A stretch of 64,000 nucleotides of DNA, taken from contig CANFCB010000002.1 in the NCBI GenBank assembly GCA_947445025.1, positions 18,802-82,801 on the forward strand. Direction: 5' to 3'. Position numbers and translations under genes: made by a program. The notes beneath the pieces are model-generated. The model searched no databases and was not told where the DNA came from. It worked only from the letters and a program-made list of their open reading frames with translations. The DNA is from Myxococcales bacterium. GTDB lineage: Bacteria > Myxococcota > UBA727 > JABDBI01. Within the stretch, counting starts at the first letter, position 1. Each line of letters starts with the position of its first letter. Below, one piece after another: positions 28,359-36,772 of this stretch.

Positions 28359-29096
28359 ATGACCGTTTTTTCATTAAATATTTCGATGCAAAATCAATTA
28401 AATAATCGCGTTGATCGTCGTGAGCTTACGTACGAACAGCTGGTCTTATACTTAGATCATACCGATGCAGAGGTGCGTTCTGATGCTACTGAAATCTTAG
28501 GCTGTCAAAGAGAAGTAAAGGCTGTTTCTATGGTGCGATCTTTGCTGAAAGATCCTGAAAAGCAAGTCCGCATTCAAGCAGCTCTCGCGCTTATACGTAT
28601 GGGTGAAGAACACATATTGCAGGATTTGATGAAAAGCTTGGGTCATCCTGATTCAAACGTGGTGGTGGGTGCGGCTCTGACTTTAGGTCGATTAGAGGAT
28701 GAGCGAGCGACTTGCTCGCTGCTTAATGCCTTTGCCACCGATGATCCTGAAGTGGGAGCTGCGGTGGCGTGGGCATTGGGACAGTGTAAGAGTGCTTTTG
28801 CTTTACCGTTGTTGATTTTAGCTATTCAACATCATTTTGTGCCTGCCAATGCATGTGAGGCTTTGGGAAAAATTGGAGATGTGCGTGCGCTCCGTGTTCT
28901 TTTAGATGCCTTAAAGTTTCAAGATGAAGATGTGCGTGCTTATGCTGCTCGTGCTTTAAGTTTACTCAAGTTTGAAAAAGATTCTGATCAAAAAGAAGTT
29001 GTCGTTGCGGCTTTGCAAACTCTTTTACCAGATCGCTCGCGAAAAGTGAGGATGTGCGTGGCTGTTTCGCTATATCAATTGAATCACGAGGCATAA
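28359..29096 (+). CDS. HEAT/PBS-lyase-like repeat protein
   Basis: Repeated ~30-aa units of the type D..VR..AA.ALG......A...L...L.D are present (EVRSDATEILG, QVRIQAALALIRMG, NVVVGAALTLGRL, EVGAAVAWALGQ, DVRAYAARALS, KVRMCVAVSL). Confidence 0.75.
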   Translation: MTVFSLNISMQNQLNNRVDRRELTYEQLVLYLDHTDAEVRSDATEILGCQREVKAVSMVRSLLKDPEKQVRIQAALALIRMGEEHILQDLMKSLGHPDSNVVVGAALTLGRLEDERATCSLLNAFATDDPEVGAAVAWALGQCKSAFALPLLILAIQHHFVPANACEALGKIGDVRALRVLLDALKFQDEDVRAYAARALSLLKFEKDSDQKEVVVAALQTLLPDRSRKVRMCVAVSLYQLNHEA

Positions 29097-29101
29097 TAAT
29101 C

Positions 29102-29944
29102 ATGCTTTCTCTTTGTTTAGAAATTGGATTTGCGTTTGCTTCTTTCATGATTGGTATGGTTGTGGGCAGCTTTCTCGGTGTGGTTATTTCGCGTCTTCCA
29201 CTAGCTGATATGTCTATTATGTGGCCTCGATCGCATTGTCTAAATTGTAAGCGTACCATTGCTTATTATGATTTAGTTCCTGTTATTTCTTGGTGTTTTT
29301 TGCGTGGCAGGTGTCGACATTGTAAAGCTTCTATCTCTTGGCGACTCCCCTTTATTGAATTGGTCATGGGTGGTTTTGCTTTAGCGTTTTGGCTGCGCTT
29401 TGGTTTTCAGTTAGTAACATTGGAACTGTTTGTTTTTAGCGCTATCCTCATTGCGGTTGCTTTTATAGATATCGATACTTGGTCAATTCCTTTGTCTTTA
29501 CCTGTTTGTCTCATTGTGTCGGGACTTGTTTTTGGAGGTATCGATAGCAATGCATTATTTGGCGCACGTATTTTTGGGTGCGTTTTTGCTTTTCTATTTT
29601 TTGCTGCATTTTTAATTGTTTCGACATGGGTATTGCGGCGCATGGGTCGTCTGCAAGCTGATGAATTGGCGATGGGTTGGGGCGACCCCTGGTTACTAGC
29701 GGGGATAGGTGCATATGTCGGCATCCTAGGATTGCCCTATGTGGTTTTATTGGCATGTTTGCAGGGAATTGTCGCATTTTTAATTATTAAACCGCAAACA
29801 ACTCCCACAAAAGATGGTTGGCAGCCACCTGCACAAGCGATTGTGTTTGGCCCCTTTCTCGCCTTAGCAGGTCTTGAGGTGGCCTTATGGGGTCATGAAA
29901 TGACCAAGTTTGGTCAAGAATTAGCTATATTTTTTGGGAGCTGA
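29102..29944 (+). CDS. pilD: prepilin peptidase / N-methyltransferase family (A24)
   Basis: The N-terminal Cys cluster is HCLNCKRTIAYYDLVPVISWCFLRGRCRHC. Catalytic Asp contexts are AFIDIDTW and GWGDPWLLAGIG. The protein is polytopic. Confidence 0.9.
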   Translation: MLSLCLEIGFAFASFMIGMVVGSFLGVVISRLPLADMSIMWPRSHCLNCKRTIAYYDLVPVISWCFLRGRCRHCKASISWRLPFIELVMGGFALAFWLRFGFQLVTLELFVFSAILIAVAFIDIDTWSIPLSLPVCLIVSGLVFGGIDSNALFGARIFGCVFAFLFFAAFLIVSTWVLRRMGRLQADELAMGWGDPWLLAGIGAYVGILGLPYVVLLACLQGIVAFLIIKPQTTPTKDGWQPPAQAIVFGPFLALAGLEVALWGHEMTKFGQELAIFFGS

Positions 29945-29982
29945 TACAATGTTTATAGTGTAAACATAATGAGAATAATCCA

Positions 29983-30480
29983 GTGCGTTATTTGTTGGTT
30001 ACAATCGTTGTCTTAATCGTGAATGCTGTTGTCATGACAGCTGTTTACTTCTATGTATCCCATCAGATCCGCAGCAATGATCGTCAAGTGCTACAGCTAC
30101 AACAAGAGTTTAATCAATTTGGTGACTCTAAAGTCCGTGCAAGTTCTATGCTTTCAAGTGATGAGGCGCTAATAGCAAAGGAACAATTAATCCAGCAGCT
30201 TAAAACAAAACAAGGCTTTGAACCTCAATTACTCTCTACGGTATCTTTAGGTATTCCTAAAGAAGTATGGCTAACCGAGTGGATACAGACAGAGAATAGT
30301 GTTGTGCTTAAGGGGTATGCAATATCTAATGACGTCTTGGCTAGTTTCATCAATACGTTGTCTGAAAATTCGATATTTAAGACTGTTAGCCTCTCTTCAA
30401 CACTTCTTAAAAAAATAAACGATATGAATGTATATCAGTTTAATTTGCTGTGCGAATTGGCTGGAGGCAGTGATGATTAA
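29983..30480 (+). CDS. pilN: PilN-like type IV pilus alignment protein (no cytoplasmic PilM-binding N-terminus)
   Basis: An N-terminal TM and a coiled coil are followed by IPKEVWLTEWIQTENSVVLKGYAISNDVLASFINTLSENSIFKTVSL, a PilN-type core. It uses a GTG start, and the protein begins directly in the TM segment. Confidence 0.7.
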   Translation: MRYLLVTIVVLIVNAVVMTAVYFYVSHQIRSNDRQVLQLQQEFNQFGDSKVRASSMLSSDEALIAKEQLIQQLKTKQGFEPQLLSTVSLGIPKEVWLTEWIQTENSVVLKGYAISNDVLASFINTLSENSIFKTVSLSSTLLKKINDMNVYQFNLLCELAGGSDD

Positions 30481-31000
30481 GGGGACTGCTCGTGCCTCTG
30501 TTGTGGTGAGCGCTCTGGTTTCGGTATTTTTAACCTGTGTGGTTTGGGGCATTTTTTATTTTGGGTTTTTACGTGAAAAATGGAAATTAAAACAAAGAGT
30601 TGTCGCGCAATTAAGCAAACATGAAAAATTTCTGGCACATTTAAGTCATCCAGAAAACTCTGATGCCTGGAAGAATCAATCCGAACAAGCCATTCCGAAT
30701 AGTGCTGACATATCGGATTTATTAGAGGCGGTGTCGATGCAAGCGAATTTGTCGGGCATGGTGCTTGTAAATTTTGAAGAGAAGCCAGCACAAGCTTCGG
30801 GTTTAGTTGTTGAGATTCCTATCACGGTGACCTTGACTGGAAATTATGAAAATTTGATTCAATTCATAGAAGCGCTTGATGGCCTCTCTCGTTTGACGAC
30901 TATCAAAAATATGCATTTGGCTGTTTCCACTCTATCTCAGGATCATGCGGTGCTTTCTATTACGCTTACAATAGTGGCTTATCGGGGGCAATTGTCGTGA
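30473..31000 (+). CDS. pilO: PilO-like type IV pilus alignment protein
   Basis: A TM and a coiled coil are followed by EIPITVTLTGNYENLIQFIEALDGLSRLTTIKNMHL, a PilO-type core. The start overlaps the pilN stop. Confidence 0.7.
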   Translation: MIKGTARASVVVSALVSVFLTCVVWGIFYFGFLREKWKLKQRVVAQLSKHEKFLAHLSHPENSDAWKNQSEQAIPNSADISDLLEAVSMQANLSGMVLVNFEEKPAQASGLVVEIPITVTLTGNYENLIQFIEALDGLSRLTTIKNMHLAVSTLSQDHAVLSITLTIVAYRGQLS

Positions 31001-31554
31001 TTTTATTTAGGATATTTTTGATCTTGCTATTATTCATTGGTATGTCCTGCAAAAAAGCAGAAACATCCAACATTGAAAATGTTGTAACCGTTGATTTGCC
31101 TGAAAAAATAGAGTTTTCACCCTCAGGAAAAATGCCCGATAAAAATACCACAAAGCCTGTGTCTACTGGGGCGCCAGTTACACCTATTCCCGCAGCTTTA
31201 AGTGCGAAAATAATTCCTCAGAATACTGCCAAAGAAACACAGCCTCTTGATCAAAACATATCATTTCGTGACCCATTTTTAAGTTATTTATCTTCCGAAA
31301 GCGAAGTCCAAAAATATCAAGCCATAGAGTCTGGTTTGTTTAATTTTGAGATCAAAAATTATAAGTATGTTGGATTTTTAATGCAGAGCGGGGTTGGCTT
31401 GGCGTTGATTGAGGACCCAGCTGGGAATGGTTACACGCTGAAAGTAGGAAGTAAGATTGGTAGAAATAAAGGGCGTGTCGAATCCATCCGCTTTAATCAA
31501 ATTGTGATCAAAGAAGGACAGAATATATATACGACATTGAAGTTGGCGAACTAG
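30997..31554 (+). CDS. pilP: PilP-like pilot lipoprotein
   Basis: A lipobox (LLFIGMSC) and a Pro-rich linker are followed by FRDPF...YKYVGFLMQSGVGLALIEDPAGNGYTLKVGSKIGRNKGRVESI, a PilP beta-domain pattern. The GTG start overlaps the pilO stop. Confidence 0.7.
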   Translation: MILFRIFLILLLFIGMSCKKAETSNIENVVTVDLPEKIEFSPSGKMPDKNTTKPVSTGAPVTPIPAALSAKIIPQNTAKETQPLDQNISFRDPFLSYLSSESEVQKYQAIESGLFNFEIKNYKYVGFLMQSGVGLALIEDPAGNGYTLKVGSKIGRNKGRVESIRFNQIVIKEGQNIYTTLKLAN

Positions 31555-31565
31555 GGAGAAGTGAC

Positions 31566-32522
31566 GTGAACCAAATTAAGCTAGCGAATCTGATCTGGAC
31601 AATCGCTTTTGTTGTCCTGTTACCCATCTCGATTTTTGGACAACAATCGATCTTATTGCAGCCTGACGAGCAAGTCCAAATCATGCCCATGAATTTCCCC
31701 ACCGGTGCATCTTCAAGTTCTCCAGATGGCAGCGATTCATCTAGTGTTGCCCCGACTCCAGCCGTCACCGTCCCACTGCCTCCTTTTGTTCCTTTCACTC
31801 CGCTGCATAATTCTCAAAATGCTGTTAAAAATTTGTTGACGACGATTAAGCCTAGCCACAACGGTACTGCAATGGTTTTAAATTTAATTGTGATAGGCCC
31901 AACTCCACGTTTTGAAACGCACAGTCTACAAAATCCTGCGCGCTTAGTAATCGATTTATTCGGGGTGTCGATTAAAAAAACGCTTAAAAAATTGCAGCAT
32001 TTTAAACTTGGCACTATTCGTGTGGGCACGCATGCAGACAAAACCCGAGTTGTTGTAGATTTTATTAGCCAATCGACTCCCAACTACCGAATTTTGCCAT
32101 ACCAGCTTGGGCTTCAAATAAACCTTGGTTCTATAAGCTTAAGCCCTGCGTTATTTTTGTCTTCGAACGAGCGCGGTAATCCTCTTAGTCAATTGCCAGA
32201 TGTCGTTAAAAAACCAAAAAATCTAAAATCATTGCTGCCGCAGAAATTAATTTCGGTTGATTTTCGTGATGCCGATGTTCGCAATGTTCTACGTTTTATG
32301 GCAAAGGCAAATGGCCGCAATATTACTTTTGGAAATGATGTGACAGGGCAGGTGAGCATCCAGCTGAAAAACGTCCCGTGGACAGATGCGTTACACGCTA
32401 TTTTACAAGTTGCTAATCTAAACTACACGCAGTCAGGTGGAATTATTCGCGTATTTACCGCTGGTGCTTCTGATAAAGAGCGCGGTTTTAAATGCCAAGT
32501 TGTCTGCGATCAAGCCCACTAA
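31566..32522 (+). CDS. pilQ: PilQ N-terminal portion only (signal peptide, AMIN domain, N0/STN domain); secretin pore domain absent
   Basis: The AMIN-like segment is LNLIVIGPTPRFETHSLQNPARLVIDLFGV...IRVGTHADKTRVVVDF. The N0/STN-like segment is ISVDFRDADVRNVLRFMAKANGRNITFGNDVTGQVSIQLKNVPWTDALHAILQVANL. The ORF stops about 25 aa later, at 318 aa, whereas typical PilQ is 650-750 aa. efp starts 88 nt downstream. Confidence 0.7.
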   Translation: MNQIKLANLIWTIAFVVLLPISIFGQQSILLQPDEQVQIMPMNFPTGASSSSPDGSDSSSVAPTPAVTVPLPPFVPFTPLHNSQNAVKNLLTTIKPSHNGTAMVLNLIVIGPTPRFETHSLQNPARLVIDLFGVSIKKTLKKLQHFKLGTIRVGTHADKTRVVVDFISQSTPNYRILPYQLGLQINLGSISLSPALFLSSNERGNPLSQLPDVVKKPKNLKSLLPQKLISVDFRDADVRNVLRFMAKANGRNITFGNDVTGQVSIQLKNVPWTDALHAILQVANLNYTQSGGIIRVFTAGASDKERGFKCQVVCDQAH

Positions 32523-32610
32523 AAAAACAAGGATAGCCAACTGAGAGACCTTGGTGTAAAGTCATGAGGTCTTTTCTTTCTTATTAGTTGCTATTTACCT
32601 GGGAGTTTTT

Positions 32611-33168
32611 ATGTTTTCCACTTCAGATTTTCGTCGGGGGCTTCGTATTATGTTTCAAAATGAGCCTTACGAGATTGTGGAGTTTGAACATCATAAGCCC
32701 GGTAAAGGTGCGGCGATTGTGCGTACACGGCTTAAGAATTTAATCACGGGCCTGACCACTGATCCAACATTTCGTTCTGGTGACAAGGTCGAACGTCCCG
32801 ATTTGAATGAACGTGAAGTCCAATTTTTGTACATGGTTGATGGCATTTTCCATTTTATGGACCCAGTATCGTACGATCAGTTCGAGGTGCCTACCAAAGT
32901 GCTTGGCGATGCGTCTCATTTTTTAGTGGAAAGCATGCAGGTTATGCTGCTTTTTTATAATGGCAAAGCTGTTAATATTGAAATTCCTAACCATGTTATT
33001 TTGCAAATTGCAGAATGTGCTCCAGCTGTCAGAGGGGATACCGTAAGCGGCGCGACCAAACCTGCCAAGATGCAAACAGGTTATACTGCGCAAGTGCCTT
33101 TATTCGTGAACGAAGGCGACAAAGTAAAAATTGATACCCGAACGGGGCAATATGTTGAACGTGCCTAA
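32611..33168 (+). CDS. efp: translation elongation factor P
   Basis: MFSTSDFRRGLRIMFQNEPYEIVEFEHHKPGKGAAIVRTRLKNL carries a Lys at the KPGKG loop tip; 185 aa. Confidence 0.95.
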   Translation: MFSTSDFRRGLRIMFQNEPYEIVEFEHHKPGKGAAIVRTRLKNLITGLTTDPTFRSGDKVERPDLNEREVQFLYMVDGIFHFMDPVSYDQFEVPTKVLGDASHFLVESMQVMLLFYNGKAVNIEIPNHVILQIAECAPAVRGDTVSGATKPAKMQTGYTAQVPLFVNEGDKVKIDTRTGQYVERA

Positions 33169-33185
33169 TATCAATACCGCGAATT

Positions 33186-33416
33186 TTATAATGAGGAAAG
33201 ATCGATAATGATAACGCGCTCTTCCTCCACCACTTTATTATTTTTGCGGTCGCGATTTGGATATTCTTCCCAAACAGGCAGTCCGATCGGCAACTCCAGA
33301 GGGACTGATTCTCTGCGGTATCGTTCCTTTTCTCTTATCTGGCGAAGCTGCTCTTCAATGATCCAAATATCAGGAAGAACCGTATTGAATCGATACTGTT
33401 CAAATAATATGAGCAT
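33186..33416 (-). CDS. small hypothetical protein (76 aa)
   Basis: A perfect RBS context (aggagtaactATG) lies at 33416, and the charged helical sequence is plausible. I preferred it over the antisense 33208..33546 ORF. No family was recognised. Confidence 0.4.
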   Translation of the reverse strand: MLILFEQYRFNTVLPDIWIIEEQLRQIREKERYRRESVPLELPIGLPVWEEYPNRDRKNNKVVEEERVIIIDLSSL

Positions 33417-33542
33417 AGTTACTCCTAACAATAAGCTTACCTTCTTCGCTCCCTTAAATCCAATTATCCTATCGGCGAGCGCTATAGTAAAGGCGCCCCT
33501 GGCACTTTTATTTAAAAACACTTATGATTCAGATAGTAAGAC

Positions 33543-34661
33543 ATGACTAAAATAAACCTTTCCAATATGCCTGTTACCTTAGATGACCGCATCGAACAAT
33601 TGTTCACACGCAGCTATCAGTATGCTCAGCGCTTGCATCGCTCTGATTTAATAGGCGATATTGAGAAACTTTGGCAGGCTCTGACCCTGGAGCGCGCCGA
33701 TTCGCTCTCCTCGTATTTTAAAAATGCGGGTTTAAGGCGGGCATATCTGGGCTATTACATGCCCCTGTATGCTGCCAAAATCGCGTTATTGCTGCAGCGC
33801 CTGACCAAAGAGGGATTCTTGCCTGGCTTTGCGGAAAAGCCCATGCGTGTGCTTGATTTGGGAAGTGGTCCGCTGGTTGGAATTTCGGCTGCCAGGCTGG
33901 CTTTTGGACCTTTGAAGCGAGCTATTGCGGTAGATCGCGAAATAGGCACGATGAGATCAGGCTATGAATTTTTAAAGCCATTTATGAATGAAGAAGAGGC
34001 CAAACAAATTTTCTTGCGCCGCGCTAATTTAGGTGTGCTTAAGTCTTTTGATTTCCAGGAACCATTCGATCTAATTATTTTATCTCATGTGTTAAATGAA
34101 TTTGGCAGTTCTAGTCGATTTTTACCCAAGAAATTGGAAGTTATCCTGGCTGCGATAAATATGCTGGCTGATGGCGGCCGCATGTTGATTATGGAGCCTG
34201 GTAATCGGGTTTGCTCGCGCGATATCATGTCTTTACGCGATGCTCTATTTGAAGAGCCATCTGTCAGTATCCTGGCGCCTTGTACAGGTATTGACCAATG
34301 TCCGTTACTAAAAAACGCTACGGACTGGTGTCATGGGGAGCTTGACTGGAAACGGCCGGCAATTTGCGTTAAAATTGATGAAAAAATTGGTTTTGATAAA
34401 TCTATGCTGAAATATAGTTACTTGCTGCTTTCCAAAAAAGCAGAGCAACCCGAAGGCGTAAAAAATTGGCGCATTGTCAGTGGCAATATGGTTCATGAAG
34501 GTGTGGTCCGTCGTTATGCATGCACTCCTTCCGAATTGTTAACATTGTCACAAAGAGAAGTGACTTACAAATCCGTTTTAACGCCATTGGTCAGAGGAGA
34601 GTTGATAGCTGCAACTGATTTTGAGGGGCGCGTCCAGGTGGTAAACGAGAAGTCATTTTAA
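33543..34661 (+). CDS. Rsm22-like SAM-dependent methyltransferase
   Basis: SAM motif I is VLDLGSGPLVG, the post-I/II acidic residues are present, and the C-terminal Cys cluster is CTGIDQCPLLKNATDWCHGELDWKRPAIC, as in the Rsm22 family. Confidence 0.65.
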   Translation: MTKINLSNMPVTLDDRIEQLFTRSYQYAQRLHRSDLIGDIEKLWQALTLERADSLSSYFKNAGLRRAYLGYYMPLYAAKIALLLQRLTKEGFLPGFAEKPMRVLDLGSGPLVGISAARLAFGPLKRAIAVDREIGTMRSGYEFLKPFMNEEEAKQIFLRRANLGVLKSFDFQEPFDLIILSHVLNEFGSSSRFLPKKLEVILAAINMLADGGRMLIMEPGNRVCSRDIMSLRDALFEEPSVSILAPCTGIDQCPLLKNATDWCHGELDWKRPAICVKIDEKIGFDKSMLKYSYLLLSKKAEQPEGVKNWRIVSGNMVHEGVVRRYACTPSELLTLSQREVTYKSVLTPLVRGELIAATDFEGRVQVVNEKSF

Positions 34662-34712
34662 TTGCTTTTAAAATGTCTGGTATCTCAATCTGTTTTTGGG
34701 TATCGTTAACAA

Positions 34713-35765
34713 ATGGCAGAAAGCGGAGAAAAAACCGAAGAAGCGAGCCCTCAGAAAGTGCGTGAAGCCAGAGAGAAGGGACAAGTTTCTAAAAGTCAGG
34801 ATTTTGTTTCTGCAATTGTTTTTGTCGGCGCTTTTGCTGCACTCGCCGGTAGTTTAACAATTGTTGCCGAGAAAATGAGCGAATTTATTATAGCCTGCAT
34901 GAAAGCAATTTCACGTCCGGATTTAGATTTGGCTGCCAAAGAGATTTTAAATCAAGGTTTATATACTTGGGTTTTGGTTTCTTTGCCTGTTTTGGTGACG
35001 GCATTTATTTTAGGCCTGGCTGGAAATTATATGCAGGTTGGTTTTTTATTCACGACCGATCCCTTAATCCCCAAATTGGAAAAGCTAAATCCTATTCAAG
35101 GCATGAAGCAACTGTTTAGCGTTAAGCGCATGGTTGAAGTATTAAAACAAATCGCTAAATTTGCCATGGTTTCATATGTTGTTTACCAAGCCGTAAAAAG
35201 TGCCTTGCCCAATATCGTTTTGATGCAGCGTCTCGACTTGTTCTCTTCCCTGGGTATTATTGGTGGCATTATTAAAGATATTTGCATCCGCGTGGCTGCT
35301 TTGTTTTTGGTAGTGGCTGGTGCTGATTATTTTTGGCAAAGGCATGTTTTTAAAAAAAGCTTAATGATGACCAAACAAGAAGTGAAAGCCGAATACAAGC
35401 AATCTGAGGGTGATCCTGAATTGAAAGGTGAGCGCAAGAGATTAGCGCAGGAACTGATCATGCATGGTAGTCAACAGAACGTAAAAAATGCCGACGCGGT
35501 GGTGACTAATCCTGCGCATATTGCAGTTGCAATTAAGTATGACAAAGAACGAAAAACGGCTCCCATGGTCATAGCCAAAGGACTGCGTAAAAATGCGGAG
35601 ATTATCAGAGAGATTGCCAGAAAAAATGATATACCTATTTTAAGGAATGTCCCTTTGGCTCAAGCATTAAATAAACTGAATTTAGACGAAGAAATCCCTG
35701 AAGAACTTTATGAAGCGGTCGCTGAGGTTTTAAATTTTGTCTACGAACTTAAAAATAAAAAATAA
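34713..35765 (+). CDS. type III secretion export-apparatus switch protein (SctU/FlhB family)
   Basis: The N-terminus is GEKTEEASPQKVREAREKGQVSKSQD. Four TM segments follow. The C-terminal domain carries the autocleavage motif as NPAH (canonical NPTH) in VVTNPAHIAVAIKYD, and the protein ends in DIPILRNVPLAQAL. No other export-apparatus genes are adjacent. Confidence 0.85.
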   Translation: MAESGEKTEEASPQKVREAREKGQVSKSQDFVSAIVFVGAFAALAGSLTIVAEKMSEFIIACMKAISRPDLDLAAKEILNQGLYTWVLVSLPVLVTAFILGLAGNYMQVGFLFTTDPLIPKLEKLNPIQGMKQLFSVKRMVEVLKQIAKFAMVSYVVYQAVKSALPNIVLMQRLDLFSSLGIIGGIIKDICIRVAALFLVVAGADYFWQRHVFKKSLMMTKQEVKAEYKQSEGDPELKGERKRLAQELIMHGSQQNVKNADAVVTNPAHIAVAIKYDKERKTAPMVIAKGLRKNAEIIREIARKNDIPILRNVPLAQALNKLNLDEEIPEELYEAVAEVLNFVYELKNKK

Positions 35766-35796
35766 TGAAAGTTCAAAAAGTGAAGCGAGGTAGCAA

Positions 35797-36282
35797 ATGG
35801 AAGATGTAACCAATAAAATTGGCGCTAAAATCGAACAGTGGATCGAGCCACGGTCTGTTGATCTTGCGCAGGCGGTCAGCGACGGCTTGTTTAGTGAAGT
35901 AAAACCATCGCTGGCAAATTCCCTGCCGGCGGATATAGCGCCTTTGCCAGATTTTAAGTCGCTGCAATTAATTAGTGGGCGACTATCTCCAGAGTATTTG
36001 CGCTTAGGAGGTCCGATTAACACTACCCCCTTTGCCTCTTCTCCTATGGGGGAATATCATGATTACCATATGATAGCCGCCGTGGTTGAGCGCCTGCACA
36101 ATCCAAACGCAAAGCAGCTGGTGGCCCTATTGCAAAGGCCTTCCAAAGATATTTCCGAACGCGATAATAGTCATATGCGTGCTTCGCTCGCTCGTGAATA
36201 TAACATGGGTAATGTATTGGAAAGGTACTCAGGTTATATGGTAATAATTTGTGCTCAGAGTACACGCCATAAGGAAGGATAA
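35797..36282 (+). CDS. hypothetical protein (161 aa) between sctU and a T3SS chaperone gene
   Basis: The ORF has no TM and no recognised motif. Its stop lies 1 nt before the chaperone ATG. Its position suggests a T3SS substrate or partner, which is inference only. Confidence 0.45.
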   Translation: MEDVTNKIGAKIEQWIEPRSVDLAQAVSDGLFSEVKPSLANSLPADIAPLPDFKSLQLISGRLSPEYLRLGGPINTTPFASSPMGEYHDYHMIAAVVERLHNPNAKQLVALLQRPSKDISERDNSHMRASLAREYNMGNVLERYSGYMVIICAQSTRHKEG

Positions 36283-36283
36283 T

Positions 36284-36772
36284 ATGGTAAAGACGCCAGA
36301 GCAGCTCGCAGAATTATTACCGCAATGGGCTAAGGGTCAAGTCACCCTAAAAGAGATAAAAGGCTATACCGACGGTGAATTGTTTGCCATTGCCCGCATT
36401 GGTTATTTCTTTTTAATGCAAGGCAGAAATGAAGAAGCGCGCATACTATTTGAAGGTCTGGTCGCCGTCGATCCACACAATGATTATTACTACCGTGCGC
36501 TTGGTGTGATCTTTCAAAAGATAGGCGACAACGAGCGTGCGCTTCGCCAGTTTAGCTATGCGGTTCGCATTAATCCTGCTTCTCCTCATGCTTACGTGAA
36601 TCGGGCCGAAATTTATTTATCATTAGATCAGTATGCTGAGGCAGAGAAAGATTTGCGTCAAGCTTTAGAGCACATTCCCCCTCAAGAACAACAGCTTTCG
36701 CAAAAAGCCTGGGCGCTTTACCGTGTGGTTGCTGCGCAAAAAAATCTCAAAGAAAAAATGGCTAGCCTCTAA
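36284..36772 (+). CDS. class II T3SS chaperone, SycD/LcrH/CesD family (TPR), copy 1
   Basis: It is colinear with LcrH: TLKEIKGYTDGELFAIARIGYFFLMQGRNEEARILFEGLVAVDPHNDYYYRALGVIFQKIGDNERALRQFSYAVRINPASPHAYVNRAEIYLSL. An RBS (aaggaagga) precedes ATG 36284. Confidence 0.8.
   Translation: MVKTPEQLAELLPQWAKGQVTLKEIKGYTDGELFAIARIGYFFLMQGRNEEARILFEGLVAVDPHNDYYYRALGVIFQKIGDNERALRQFSYAVRINPASPHAYVNRAEIYLSLDQYAEAEKDLRQALEHIPPQEQQLSQKAWALYRVVAAQKNLKEKMASL

Noticed and set aside
27877-28360. Two minus-strand ORFs (111 and 138 aa) rich in F/L/A/G lie opposite the histone-like gene.
   Set aside because: They are the reverse complement of AAG/GCN repeat codons. The plus-strand gene has the strong RBS and the terminator.
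33208-33546. A 112-aa plus-strand ORF lies antisense to the 33186..33416 small gene.
   Set aside because: The Ser/Arg-rich sequence has no RBS. The minus-strand ORF has a perfect aggag-N5-ATG context. Both calls remain low-confidence.
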